Assembly: GCA_039586365.1 (NCBI GenBank)
Contig: JBDHKN010000006.1
Coordinates: 1-64,000 of the forward strand
DNA length: 64,000 nt
Direction of reading: 5' to 3'
Source of the DNA: Gemmatimonadota bacterium
GTDB taxonomy: Bacteria; Gemmatimonadota; Gemmatimonadetes; Gemmatimonadales; GWC2-71-9
How positions within the stretch are numbered: position 1 is the stretch's first letter; each line of letters begins with the position of its first letter. Under the pieces are notes generated by a model. It saw nothing but the letters and a program-made list of their open reading frames with translations, was not told the DNA's origin and ran no database searches. The translations under genes and the position numbers were made by a program. Below, in pieces: positions 30,033 to 39,483 of the stretch.

Positions 30033-31496
30033 CTAGGCTCCTTCCTTTACGCCGACGCGGGCAGCCCACCAGCGGTTGAAGAGAATGAGTACCGCGATCA
30101 ACAGCGCCCACTGCGCGAGCGTCGTTCCCAGGCTCAAGGTGTGGAACGGGTTCCACCAGCCCTCCGGGTCGTATACAGCTACAGCTTGATAGAACCACCA
30201 GATCATGAGCGCGACGAACTCCAAGGGGATTACGTACTTTATGACGAACACGAACCAGCGACCAATGGGTCGCCGTTCCTCTGGGGTGTTGATCAGCCGG
30301 TCGCGGAATCGTCCCGCTCCGTACTTGGCTGCGGCCAGAGAAATGAAGAGACCAGACACTATTAGCCCAAGTCCCCACACCCAGTCCTGATTCTGGAAGA
30401 ATCCGAGCTTCCAAGCTGAGGGAAGTCCCAAGAGGAATCCGACCACCCCAACAAGTGGTACCGCAATCTTACGCTTGATCCCTAGGTCGACGCCTATGCG
30501 CGTTGCCATCTCGATCATTGCAATGAGCGAGGACATTGCGGCAAAGCTCAGGGCGAGGAAAAACATGGCGAGGAATAGCTGTCCGGCCGGTATCTGTGCA
30601 AAGAGCTGAGGCATCCAGATAAAGGTCAGTCCTTCATTGCCCGCACCTAACGCTACTCGAGCTTCCACCTCCGGCAACACTGCGAAGACGGTGCACATGA
30701 CCGCGATGCCGGCCAGCAGCGATGCGGTGTAGTCGCCAAACGCCGTAGTGTAACCGGTCAGCACGAAGTCGTGCTTCTTCTGGAGGTATACGCCGTAGGT
30801 CATTGCCAAGCCCCATGCTGCGCCGACGCTCCAGGCGGACTGACTCAACGCCTCGAGCCACACTTCGTGAGATAGTAAGTCACGCCAGACCGGCGTAAAC
30901 AGGAATCCAAGGCCTTTGATTGCCCCGGGGAGGGTCACAGCCCGTATCGCTGCCACCGTCAATAACACAAACAATATCGGAATCAGCAGGCGGTTAGTCC
31001 GTTCGATACCCTTGACGACTCCGCGGGAGATGATGAAACAGCCGACAGCCATCGCCAGAAAATGAAAGTACACAGGCTGGATACCGCTGCTTGTGAAATT
31101 CTCCCAATACGTCTCAAAGTTGCCACTGGTGAATCCGGGGCCGAGCGTCGCGAAGAAATATTTGATGCACCATCCAGTGACGACAGAGTAGTAGAACATG
31201 ATGAAGCAGGTGCAGAGTCCCACAAAGGCACCCATCCAGTTGTACTTGCTCCCAATCAGATGTCCGATAGCTCCCGCGGGACCCCTCCGAGTGTGCTTAC
31301 CCAGTGCGAACTCGCTGATTATCAAGGGGAGGGACCAGGCAAACATGAACAGCAGCCAGGCGATCAGGAATGCACCGCCGCCGTTGGCGGCCGCAACTCG
31401 GGGAAACCGCCAGATATTTCCGGTTCCCACGGCCATGCCTATGGCCGCGAGCAGGATGCCCCAGCGGGTGCTGAATTGGTCGTTGTTTTCGGTCAT
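30033..31496 (-). CDS. Sodium-dependent transporter (NSS/SNF family)
   Basis: GMAVGTGNIWRFP, NGGGAF, multiple TM helices. Confidence 0.93.
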   Translation of the reverse strand: MTENNDQFSTRWGILLAAIGMAVGTGNIWRFPRVAAANGGGAFLIAWLLFMFAWSLPLIISEFALGKHTRRGPAGAIGHLIGSKYNWMGAFVGLCTCFIMFYYSVVTGWCIKYFFATLGPGFTSGNFETYWENFTSSGIQPVYFHFLAMAVGCFIISRGVVKGIERTNRLLIPILFVLLTVAAIRAVTLPGAIKGLGFLFTPVWRDLLSHEVWLEALSQSAWSVGAAWGLAMTYGVYLQKKHDFVLTGYTTAFGDYTASLLAGIAVMCTVFAVLPEVEARVALGAGNEGLTFIWMPQLFAQIPAGQLFLAMFFLALSFAAMSSLIAMIEMATRIGVDLGIKRKIAVPLVGVVGFLLGLPSAWKLGFFQNQDWVWGLGLIVSGLFISLAAAKYGAGRFRDRLINTPEERRPIGRWFVFVIKYVIPLEFVALMIWWFYQAVAVYDPEGWWNPFHTLSLGTTLAQWALLIAVLILFNRWWAARVGVKEGA

Positions 31497-31950
31497 GTGT
31501 GCCCTCAGTGAGTTTTCGGATGGTTCCAAGCCCAAACTCTGGCCGGTCATTTTAGCCCGATTCCAGGGAAATGGGAACAGCAGAGGGATGCTAGGGGTGC
31601 TACTCCGACAGCCCGAGTCATCATCTCTTTCCCCAACTGTCTGACGCAAGTCTCGGCCTCGGCGTAGCTAAATGCACCGGTGCGAAGTCCCCAAACTGAA
31701 TCCAAGCCACTTGCGACTCACCCAATCCCTAAAGGCAATTTGGGAGGCAGTGTGCGACCTTTTGGAGCAACAAAGATGTTGCTCATTTCGTGCTCCAACT
31801 TGGAGTTTCCTGGCATCCGCCACGTTCCTGCGCTCAAGAATTGCGGTGTCGTTACTTTAGGTTTCTGGCGGGGATTCCGTTGGAACCTTATTATCCCGCG
31901 CCTGGGTTACAGCATTCTCCTGCCGTTTGATGATTCTCGGAGGTCTGTGC

Positions 31951-33264
31951 TTGAAGGAACAAAGCTCGAGCCACAAAGAACGTTCCCGCTCCGCAGTGCT
32001 ATGTGAGCGTGCTGGCAAAGTGCTCGTGGGCGGAGTGAACAGTCCGGTGCGTGCCTTCCGAGCGGTGGGAGGCAAGCCGGTCTTCATAGACCGCATGGAG
32101 GGTGCGTGCGTCCACGACGTGGATGGAAACACCTATGTAGATCTAGTGGGCAGTTGGGGGCCCTCGGTTGTGGGGCACGCGCACGCGGACGTGGTTGAGG
32201 CGGTGCGAGAGGCGGCCGCACGGGGTCTGAGTTTTGGCGCTTGTTGTGCAGCGGAGGCTGAGTTGGCGGAACTCATCGTCGGGGCCGTGCCATCCATTGA
32301 GCTGGTCCGGTTCGTCAACAGCGGTACCGAAGCTACCATGAGTGCGATCCGCCTCGCACGGGCCGCCACGGGTAGGTCCAAGATCCTCAAGTTCGTGGGG
32401 TGCTACCATGGGCACGTCGACGGGCTGTTAGTGGCTGCCGGTTCGGGAGCGGCTACGTTTGGGGTGCCCGATTCGGCTGGTGTGCCTGCATCGTACACCC
32501 GTGAAACCCTACTGGCTCAATTCAATGACTTGAAGGCAGTAGAACGGGTCATGAGCCGGCATGGCTCGGAGGTAGCCGCGATCTTGGTTGAGCCGGTGGC
32601 GGGGAATATGGGCTACGTGGAGCCGGTTCGCGGATTCTTGGGGGGGCTGCGCACACTGTGCGATGAACATGGCAGCCTGTTGATCTTCGACGAAGTGATG
32701 ACCGGCTTCAGGGTCGCGTGGGGCGGTTATCAGAACTCTTGTGGCATCAATCCCAATTTGACCTGCTTGGGCAAAGTCATTGGTGGTGGGATGCCGGTAG
32801 CAGCCTATGGTGGTGCGAAGGAACTCATGGAGCTGGTGAGTCCTCTGGGGCCAACCTATCAAGCCGGTACGCTGAGCGGCAGCCCCGTCGGCATGGCTGC
32901 CGGTATCGCGACTCTGAAGCTGTGCAAGGCGACCGGCTTCTACGATTCGCTACATGGCAAGTCCCTGCAACTTGCGCTGGGGCTCCAAGCAGCAGCAGCT
33001 GAGGCGGGTCTTACCGTGCAGACGGGTGCCACTGGAGGGATGTTGGGTATGGCTTTCCTGGACCGGCCGGTGCGCAACTTCGCTGACGCGCAGGCCTGCA
33101 ATCACGATCTGTTTGCTGCGTTCTTCCGAGCGATGCTGGACCGGGGCGTTTGGCTGCCACCCTCGGGATACGAAGCCATGTTCCTCTCCGCCGCGCACGA
33201 CGACGACGCGATCGGGCGGATTCTCGACGCAGCAAGAGAGAGCTTCCGAATTCGACTGCCATGA
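31951..33264 (+). CDS. hemL: Glutamate-1-semialdehyde 2,1-aminomutase
   Basis: GGVNSPVRAF, NSGTEATMSA, DEVMTGFR, LGKVIGGG, YQAGTLSG; TTG start after GGAGGT. Confidence 0.96.
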   Translation: MKEQSSSHKERSRSAVLCERAGKVLVGGVNSPVRAFRAVGGKPVFIDRMEGACVHDVDGNTYVDLVGSWGPSVVGHAHADVVEAVREAAARGLSFGACCAAEAELAELIVGAVPSIELVRFVNSGTEATMSAIRLARAATGRSKILKFVGCYHGHVDGLLVAAGSGAATFGVPDSAGVPASYTRETLLAQFNDLKAVERVMSRHGSEVAAILVEPVAGNMGYVEPVRGFLGGLRTLCDEHGSLLIFDEVMTGFRVAWGGYQNSCGINPNLTCLGKVIGGGMPVAAYGGAKELMELVSPLGPTYQAGTLSGSPVGMAAGIATLKLCKATGFYDSLHGKSLQLALGLQAAAAEAGLTVQTGATGGMLGMAFLDRPVRNFADAQACNHDLFAAFFRAMLDRGVWLPPSGYEAMFLSAAHDDDAIGRILDAARESFRIRLP

Positions 33265-34151
33265 ACTCCCTACGTGTGGGAACTCGTGGCAGCGATCTGG
33301 CGCTATGGCAGGCGAACTGGATCTGTGATCGGTTGCGCGATACGCACTCAGGTGTGGCGGCCGAGCTAGTTGTCATCAAGACCCACGGTGACGTGACTGC
33401 GGATGAGAGGTTCGGTCGGACCTGGCCTGTAGGAGCGTTCGTCAGGGCGTTGGAAACGGCCCTGCTCGACGAGAGGATCGATGTCGCGGTGCACAGCTGC
33501 AAAGACCTGCAGACCACTCAGACGAGCGGGCTGCGGATTGCGGCAACGCCGGTGCGGGAAGTCGCGAACGACGTGCTCCTAACCAGCACGGGCGTACGAT
33601 TGGACAGCCTGCCTCCCCTCGCGCGCATCGGGACGAGCAGTCCGCGCCGGGCCGCCCAGATACTACAACTGGGGGACTTCGAGATCGTCCCTCTGCGGGG
33701 CAATGTTCCGACTCGTATAGCCAAGATGGAGCAGCAAGGTCTCGATGGGATCGTGCTGGCGGCGGCCGGGCTCAGGCGGTTGGGGATCGACTATCCCCAC
33801 GCGATCGACCTCCCCACGGATAGCTTCGTTCCCGCGCCGGGCCAGGGTGCGTTGGCGGTTCAGGTGCGTGCAGGGAGTGAAGCCTCGGAGCTAGTGACGG
33901 TCCTGGAGGATCCGCCGACGCGCGCAGCCGTTACCGCCGAGCGGTGTCTCCTCCGCGAGATCAACGCGGGCTGCCACACACCGGTCGGTGCGCTGGCCAC
34001 GGTGGATGCCGGGACGATATCACTCCAGGCGCAGTTGTTCAGTGACGATTACAGGCGCTGCGTGGCAGGTAGCGAGTCGGGTATGATTCCCGAGGTCATC
34101 GGAGCAAGCTTAGCCCGCAGACTGATGGAAGAGCTACGGGGCCGGCGGTAG
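33261..34151 (+). CDS. hemC: Hydroxymethylbilane synthase
   Basis: GTRGSDLALWQA, AVHSCKD, GTSSPRR, RGNV, PAPGQGAL, GCHTP; ATGA overlap with hemL. Confidence 0.95.
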   Translation: MNSLRVGTRGSDLALWQANWICDRLRDTHSGVAAELVVIKTHGDVTADERFGRTWPVGAFVRALETALLDERIDVAVHSCKDLQTTQTSGLRIAATPVREVANDVLLTSTGVRLDSLPPLARIGTSSPRRAAQILQLGDFEIVPLRGNVPTRIAKMEQQGLDGIVLAAAGLRRLGIDYPHAIDLPTDSFVPAPGQGALAVQVRAGSEASELVTVLEDPPTRAAVTAERCLLREINAGCHTPVGALATVDAGTISLQAQLFSDDYRRCVAGSESGMIPEVIGASLARRLMEELRGRR

Positions 34152-34158
34152 TAGCTGC

Positions 34159-35184
34159 TCAGCCGTGGGTTTCTTGCCACCAGCGGGCGTAGTCCAACGC
34201 TGCATAAGAGAATATCAGGTCTGCACCGGCGCGCGATATCCCCAAGAGCGCCTCTGTCATGCAGGCCCGGTAGTCGAGCCAACCCCTATCCGCCGCCGCT
34301 TTGATCATGGAGTATTCTCCGCTCACTTGGTATGCGGCGATTGGTAGTGCAGTACCTTTCCGGAGCCGGCTTATCACGTCGAGGTAGGGAAGAGCTGGTT
34401 TGACCATTAGGATGTCCGCACCCTCATCCTCGTCGAGCATGGCCTCGACTGACGCTTCGCGGGCGTTTGCCGGGTCAATCTGGTAAGTCTTTTTGTCCGT
34501 GGGGACGTTTGGGGCGGCAGCCGGGGCGGAATCGAGCGCCTCCCGAAATGGTCCGTAGTACCCCGAGGCATACTTTGCGGTGTAACTCAGAATAGCCACG
34601 TCAAACGCCTCTGCCGCGTCTAGGGCAGCGCGGATGGCGGCGACCCGCCCATCCATCATGTCGGACGGAGCGACCATGTCTGCACCGGCTTCCGCATGCA
34701 GCACGGCCATCCTGGCCAACATATCTACGGTTTCATCGTTGAGTATTGTCCCATCTGGAGAGACCAGTCCGTCGTGTCCATGACTCGAATAGGGGTCAAG
34801 AGCGATATCAGTGACAATGTAGGCTTCGGGGATCGCTTGCTTCAGAGTCTGAACCGCTTGGCAGAGCAGGTTGTCCGGATTCACCGCCTCCTGCGCATCA
34901 GGTGTCTTGCGAGATGGATCGATGGCAGGGAACAGAGCGAAAGCACCTAGGCCCAGCGAAAGGGCCTCCTTACATCGCTTGATGATTAGATCTACCGACA
35001 GGCGGGCATGGCCAGGCATCGCTTCGATCGGCTGGGATATGTTCCGACCAGCTACTGTGAACAGCGGCAGGACCAGGTGGTTGGGCCCGAGGTTGGCCTC
35101 CTGTACCAAGCCACGTATGACGGCGTTGCGTCGCAGTCGGCGGGGGCGACGCCACGGACGGGGAAGTTCGGACAGCGAATGCAT
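34159..35184 (-). CDS. hemB: Porphobilinogen synthase (Asp-type metal site)
   Basis: RPRRLR, DIALDPYSSHGHDG, APSDMMDGR, MVKP, YQVSGEY. Confidence 0.96.
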   Translation of the reverse strand: MHSLSELPRPWRRPRRLRRNAVIRGLVQEANLGPNHLVLPLFTVAGRNISQPIEAMPGHARLSVDLIIKRCKEALSLGLGAFALFPAIDPSRKTPDAQEAVNPDNLLCQAVQTLKQAIPEAYIVTDIALDPYSSHGHDGLVSPDGTILNDETVDMLARMAVLHAEAGADMVAPSDMMDGRVAAIRAALDAAEAFDVAILSYTAKYASGYYGPFREALDSAPAAAPNVPTDKKTYQIDPANAREASVEAMLDEDEGADILMVKPALPYLDVISRLRKGTALPIAAYQVSGEYSMIKAAADRGWLDYRACMTEALLGISRAGADLIFSYAALDYARWWQETHG

Positions 35185-35310
35185 GCTACGTTCCTTTCGC
35201 CACTACAGTCAGTCAAGCTATCGCCTTCGAAAGTAATTGACCCACCGCCAAGCTCGAGCGATAGGGGGGAGTCTGTCCGTTGTGAGCTGCAGCACACCAA
35301 GACCCGTAAA

Positions 35311-35397
35311 CGTGACAAAAATCTCGCAAGGCCTTGACTCGGGTCCGCCGAGCGCTAAAATGAGAAAAGTCGCACAAACGTGACGAATATCTCGCAA
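35311..35397 (+). promoter_or_regulatory. rex promoter flanked by two operator-like sites
   Basis: CGTGACAAAAATCTCGCAA (35311), TTGACT(35334)-N16-TAAAAT(35356), CGTGACGAATATCTCGCAA (35379). Confidence 0.75.
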
Positions 35398-36075
35398 AGC
35401 GCCAGCGAAGGCAGTGTTCCGTCGCTGAGCGGAGGTGCTTTGGCACGCCTTAGAAGATTGGTACTCGAACGATTGATGCGGTACTATCGGTTCCTCTCGG
35501 GATCGACGGGCAGGAAGTCGCCCAAGACAGTCACGAGTGCTCAAATCGCCGAGGCTCTGGATCTCGATCCCACCCAAGTGCGCAAGGATTTCGGTGCCAT
35601 CGGTCTCCTCGGCATGGGCCGAGTCGGATTCGATAGATGTGAGGTATGCCGTTCTATCAGGGTGGTCATGGGTTTCGACCAGGAATATGAGGCAGTGGTG
35701 ATAGGCGCCGGTAACCTGGGTGCCGCACTCATGACTTATTCTGGGTTTGATTCCTATGGGTTGCGCATAGTGGCGGCCTTCGACAATGACCGGCGTGTCA
35801 TAGGCCGTAAAATCGCAGGACATAAGATTCAATCCACCAGGTCGCTCACGCCGTTCATCAAAAAGCATGCGATTCGCCTCGCTATCCTCACGACGCCGGT
35901 CGAGGTGTCTCAGAAGGTCACGGATCGTCTGGTAGCGACCGGCATAGAGGCGATCTGGAACTTCACTCCCACTCACCTCGTGGTACCGCCGAGCGTATTC
36001 GTGCGGAACGAGCACATTTCGCTGGGTTTGTCGGTGCTCGCGTACCATTTGAAGGAAGACGCGGCGGAGGAGTAG
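35380..36075 (+). CDS. rex: Redox-sensing transcriptional repressor Rex
   Basis: RLMRYYRFL, TSAQIAEAL...TQVRKDF wHTH, IGAGNLGAAL dinucleotide motif, AIWNFTP; start uncertain. Confidence 0.93.
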   Translation: MTNISQSASEGSVPSLSGGALARLRRLVLERLMRYYRFLSGSTGRKSPKTVTSAQIAEALDLDPTQVRKDFGAIGLLGMGRVGFDRCEVCRSIRVVMGFDQEYEAVVIGAGNLGAALMTYSGFDSYGLRIVAAFDNDRRVIGRKIAGHKIQSTRSLTPFIKKHAIRLAILTTPVEVSQKVTDRLVATGIEAIWNFTPTHLVVPPSVFVRNEHISLGLSVLAYHLKEDAAEE

Positions 36076-36176
36076 GCGGCCGTGGCGTCCCCCGGGGATT
36101 TCCCGAAAATAATGCCAAGGATTTCTGAAGGGTCGTGCTGCCGCATTGCCCTTGGCGCCCAGTCCCAATGGTAAAT

Positions 36177-36394
36177 CGTGACGATAATCTCACATACTCA
36201 TGAGATATCGTGATAAATATCTCGTAATCCTTCGCAATGCACTTGCCTCCGCCGGACCGGGCTGCCAGATTGAATCGTGACAAAAATCTCACACTGAGCA
36301 GGTTTACCGTGACAAATATCTCACAAGGCCTTGACGGGGGTGTTTCACGAGCTAATATGAGCTTGAGCGTGAAATCGTGACAAAAATCTCACAA
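36177..36394 (+). promoter_or_regulatory. aprBA promoter with five operator-like sites
   Basis: CGTGA-N8-TC(A/G)(C/T)A at 36177, 36209, 36276, 36308, 36376; TTGACG(36331)-N16-TAATAT(36353). Confidence 0.8.
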
Positions 36395-36590
36395 CCCAGG
36401 CGCAGTCGCTGCGCACCCGAATTGGACGTCTTTTGGTAGCGTGTCTGACGGGTAGAGCAGCTGTCGATGTGGTCCGCGCCGACTCTCTGTTGCTTGGCGC
36501 CTGTCGGCAGATGATGCCGGTGTGGATTTCCAATTGCAGGTTGGGTCGTATTCCCGGGATGCCCTATCTGAGTAGAAAGGAAGAAGGAAG

Positions 36591-37058
36591 ATGCCAAGTT
36601 TCGTAAACCCGGACAAATGTGACGGATGCAAGGCTCTCGACAAGACGGCCTGTCAGTTCATTTGCCCGAACGACCTCATGGTCTTGAACAAGGATACCAT
36701 GAAGGCCTTCAACCAGGATCCACAGATGTGCTGGGAGTGCTACAGCTGCGTGAAGATCTGTCCGACGCAGGCGATTGAGGTACGTGGGTACGCTGACTTC
36801 GTGCCGCTGGGAGCGAGTGTTACGGCGATGCGCAGTACCGAGGACATCATGTGGACGGTTCAGTTCCGCAGTAAGGAGATCAAGCCGAAGCGGTTCAAGT
36901 TTCCCCACCGTAGGGGTGTTGAGGAAGGCAAAGCACAGCCATTCGATCACTATCCGACGGGCGACGATGATATCAAGAGCCCGACCTTGATGTGTGAGCC
37001 AGCCGGACTGAATACCGATAGAGGTCCGGTGAAAATGGACAAGGTGCCGACGGTGTAG
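36591..37058 (+). CDS. aprB: Adenylylsulfate reductase beta subunit
   Basis: MPSFV..KCDGCKALDKTACQFICPNDLM, CWECYSCVKICP, VRGYADF. Confidence 0.97.
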   Translation: MPSFVNPDKCDGCKALDKTACQFICPNDLMVLNKDTMKAFNQDPQMCWECYSCVKICPTQAIEVRGYADFVPLGASVTAMRSTEDIMWTVQFRSKEIKPKRFKFPHRRGVEEGKAQPFDHYPTGDDDIKSPTLMCEPAGLNTDRGPVKMDKVPTV

Positions 37059-37122
37059 TCGAGCACGGTCATGCAAAGAACTTGTTTCTTCGGCTGAGGA
37101 AACTCCAAGGAGAAGAGCGAAA

Positions 37123-39015
37123 ATGCCGAAATTTGAAACCGTAACGGTTGAGACGGACCTGCTGATCTGCGGCGGCGGGATGGCCGCCTGCGGTGCAGCT
37201 GTGGAAGCGGCGTACTGGGCCAAAAGGCATGGGCTGAAGGTCACGGTGGTCGACAAGGCGGCGATGGACCGCTCTGGGGCTGTCGCGATGGGCCTCTCTG
37301 CCATCAACCAGTACGTGGACCTGAACAGCGGTAACAACACGCTGAACGATTACATCGACTACGTCCGCAACGACCTCATGGGTATCACGCGTGAGGATCT
37401 GGTAGCGAGCATCGCACGTCACGTGGACTCGACTGTCCACCTCTTCGAGAAGTGGGGTCTGCCCATCTGGAAGGACCAGGACGGCAACTATGTCCACGAG
37501 GGTCGTTGGCAGTTGATGATCAATGGTGAGTCGTACAAAGTCATCGTTGCCGAGGCAGCCAAGAACGCCCTGGCTGAGGCCGGTGGGGAGTACTTCGAGC
37601 GCGTCTTCATAACCCACCCACTGATGGACGGTGACAAGTGCGTGGGTGCGATTGGCTTCAGCGTCAGAGAGAACAAGGTGTATGTCTTCAAGGCCAAGGC
37701 CACGTTGGTGGCCATGGGTGGAGCGGTGCACGTGTTCAAGCCGCGCTCCACTGGTGAGGGCTTCGGCCGTTCCTGGTATCCGCCGTTCAACTCCGGCGCC
37801 AGCGCCTTTTTCACAATCTATGCCGGTGCCGAGATGACCTGTCAGGAAGTCCGGTTCATTCCGGTGCGCTTCAAAGACGCGTACGGACCGGTCGGTGCGT
37901 GGTTCCTGCTATTCAAGTCTATCGCAACGAATGCTTACGGCGGCAACTACATGCAGGACAACGCCGCAGAGCTCGACAAGTGGGAGCCCTACGGCAAGGT
38001 GAAGCCGCGTCCCGCCAACATCCGCAATTGGCTGATGATGTTGGATGTAATGGAAGGCAAGAGCCCCATCTACATGCAGACAGCCGATGCCATCAAGGCA
38101 ATTGCCGACAAAGCACCGGACGAGAAGGCCGCTAAGAAGAAGCTGAAGGAGCTGGAAGCAGAAGCTTGGGAGGACTTCCTCGACATGACGATCTCGCAGG
38201 CGATTCTCTGGGCTGCAACGAATGTCGAGCCCGAAAGGAAGCCGTCCGAGATCATGGCTTGTGATCCCTACTTCATCGGCTCCCACTCCGGTGCGTCCGG
38301 GGCTTGGGTCTCTGGACCGGAAGACCTCCAGACTGCGGAGACCAAGGCTGAGTACTTCTGGGGCTATCCGCACATGACGACGGTCAAAGGGATGTTCGCC
38401 GCGGGTGACGCCTCGGGAGCTTCGAGCCACAAGTTCTCATCCGGCTCGCACGCCGAAGGCCGTATTGCCGCCAAGGGAGCCATCTCCTACATCGTCGACA
38501 ACAACACCCCACCCAACGTGGACCAGAAGCAGGTCGACGCGTTGACAGAGGAGATCCTGAAGCCACTCGACACCTTTGAGCAGTTCAAGGGTGCCACGAC
38601 TGATCCGAACATCAATCCCAACTACATCCGCCCAACGCAGTTCATGTACCGGCTGCAGAAGATCATGGACGAGTATTCGGGTGGTGTGTCGAGTCAGTTC
38701 AAGACCAATGACAAGCTCCTCGAGAAGGGCATGGAGTTGCTGGGTTACCTCAAGGAAGATGCTGGTCAACTCGCGGCGGAGAACCTACACGAGCTGATGC
38801 GGTGCTGGGAGAACGTCCATCGGATGTTCCAGGCGGACGCGCACATGCGTTCCATTCTCTTTCGTGAGGAGACTCGTTGGCCAGGTTACTACTTCCGGGC
38901 TGACAAGCCAAGCATGGACGACAAGAATTGGCTCGCCTTCTGCAATTGTGTTTACAAGAAGGACACGGGCGAGTGGGAGATGATCAAGAGGCCTGTCAAG
39001 CGCATCACAGCGTAG
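37123..39015 (+). CDS. aprA: Adenylylsulfate reductase alpha subunit
   Basis: DKAAMDRSGAVAMGLSAIN, WQLMINGESYK, RFKDAYGPVGAWFLLFK, HKFSSGSHAEGR. Confidence 0.98.
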   Translation: MPKFETVTVETDLLICGGGMAACGAAVEAAYWAKRHGLKVTVVDKAAMDRSGAVAMGLSAINQYVDLNSGNNTLNDYIDYVRNDLMGITREDLVASIARHVDSTVHLFEKWGLPIWKDQDGNYVHEGRWQLMINGESYKVIVAEAAKNALAEAGGEYFERVFITHPLMDGDKCVGAIGFSVRENKVYVFKAKATLVAMGGAVHVFKPRSTGEGFGRSWYPPFNSGASAFFTIYAGAEMTCQEVRFIPVRFKDAYGPVGAWFLLFKSIATNAYGGNYMQDNAAELDKWEPYGKVKPRPANIRNWLMMLDVMEGKSPIYMQTADAIKAIADKAPDEKAAKKKLKELEAEAWEDFLDMTISQAILWAATNVEPERKPSEIMACDPYFIGSHSGASGAWVSGPEDLQTAETKAEYFWGYPHMTTVKGMFAAGDASGASSHKFSSGSHAEGRIAAKGAISYIVDNNTPPNVDQKQVDALTEEILKPLDTFEQFKGATTDPNINPNYIRPTQFMYRLQKIMDEYSGGVSSQFKTNDKLLEKGMELLGYLKEDAGQLAAENLHELMRCWENVHRMFQADAHMRSILFREETRWPGYYFRADKPSMDDKNWLAFCNCVYKKDTGEWEMIKRPVKRITA

Positions 39016-39030
39016 GCTAAATAGATCTGC

Positions 39031-39071
39031 CAGGATTCTTGGGCGTCGCGGTGCGGCGTCCGAGGGTCCTG
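39031..39071 (+). other. 19-bp RNA stem-loop after aprA
   Basis: CAGGATTCTTGGGCGTCGC-GGT-GCGGCGTCCGAGGGTCCTG pairs fully with five G-U wobbles; no U-tract. Confidence 0.7.
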
Positions 39072-39198
39072 ACTCCTGAATCAACTTCGATTTTCCTTCG
39101 TGCAAGTCCGAAGGCGTCTTTACAGACTGTGGGGCCGTGAACGGATGATCGCGGTTCCCGGACCAATCCGAAGGACCGTTGAGCAACCGAGGAATCCC

Positions 39199-39483
39199 AT
39201 GGCAGACACACGTCGAACCTGCCCCCACTGCGGATCCCACCTCAAGAAGTGGTTGGTTCCGGCTGAGGCGAGCTGGAGCGAGGAGTTCTTCTTTGTCTGT
39301 TTCAATGACGACTGCTCCTACTATAAGGACGGCTGGCGCTGGATGAAAGAGAAGTACAACCAAGAAGCTTCCTATCGATACATGATCAATCCAACTACCG
39401 GTGCCGCATCGATGATACCAGTGTGGTCTGACTCCGCAACTCGGGAAATGGTGGTGGAGGATGCCGAAGGAGATGAAGCATGA
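39199..39483 (+). CDS. Hypothetical Zn-ribbon-like protein (94 aa)
   Basis: CPHCG...CFNDDC, aromatic-rich; GAGGA RBS; ATGA overlap with next gene. Confidence 0.75.
   Translation: MADTRRTCPHCGSHLKKWLVPAEASWSEEFFFVCFNDDCSYYKDGWRWMKEKYNQEASYRYMINPTTGAASMIPVWSDSATREMVVEDAEGDEA

Noticed and set aside
31497..31950. Integration site or mobile-element end at the left edge of the sulfur cluster
   Set aside because: No tRNA, integrase, transposase or terminal repeat visible; horizontal acquisition remains an inference
35218..36168. 316-aa minus-strand ORF
   Set aside because: Antisense shadow of rex with no recognisable motifs
36177..36394. Repeated ~19-bp motif as a mini CRISPR array
   Set aside because: Copies are degenerate, periods alternate 32 and 67-68 bp, no cas genes, and they bracket -35/-10 boxes; operators fit better
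36395..36590. Riboswitch in the ~200-nt aprB leader
   Set aside because: No recognisable aptamer or terminator by eye; needs an Rfam/Infernal scan
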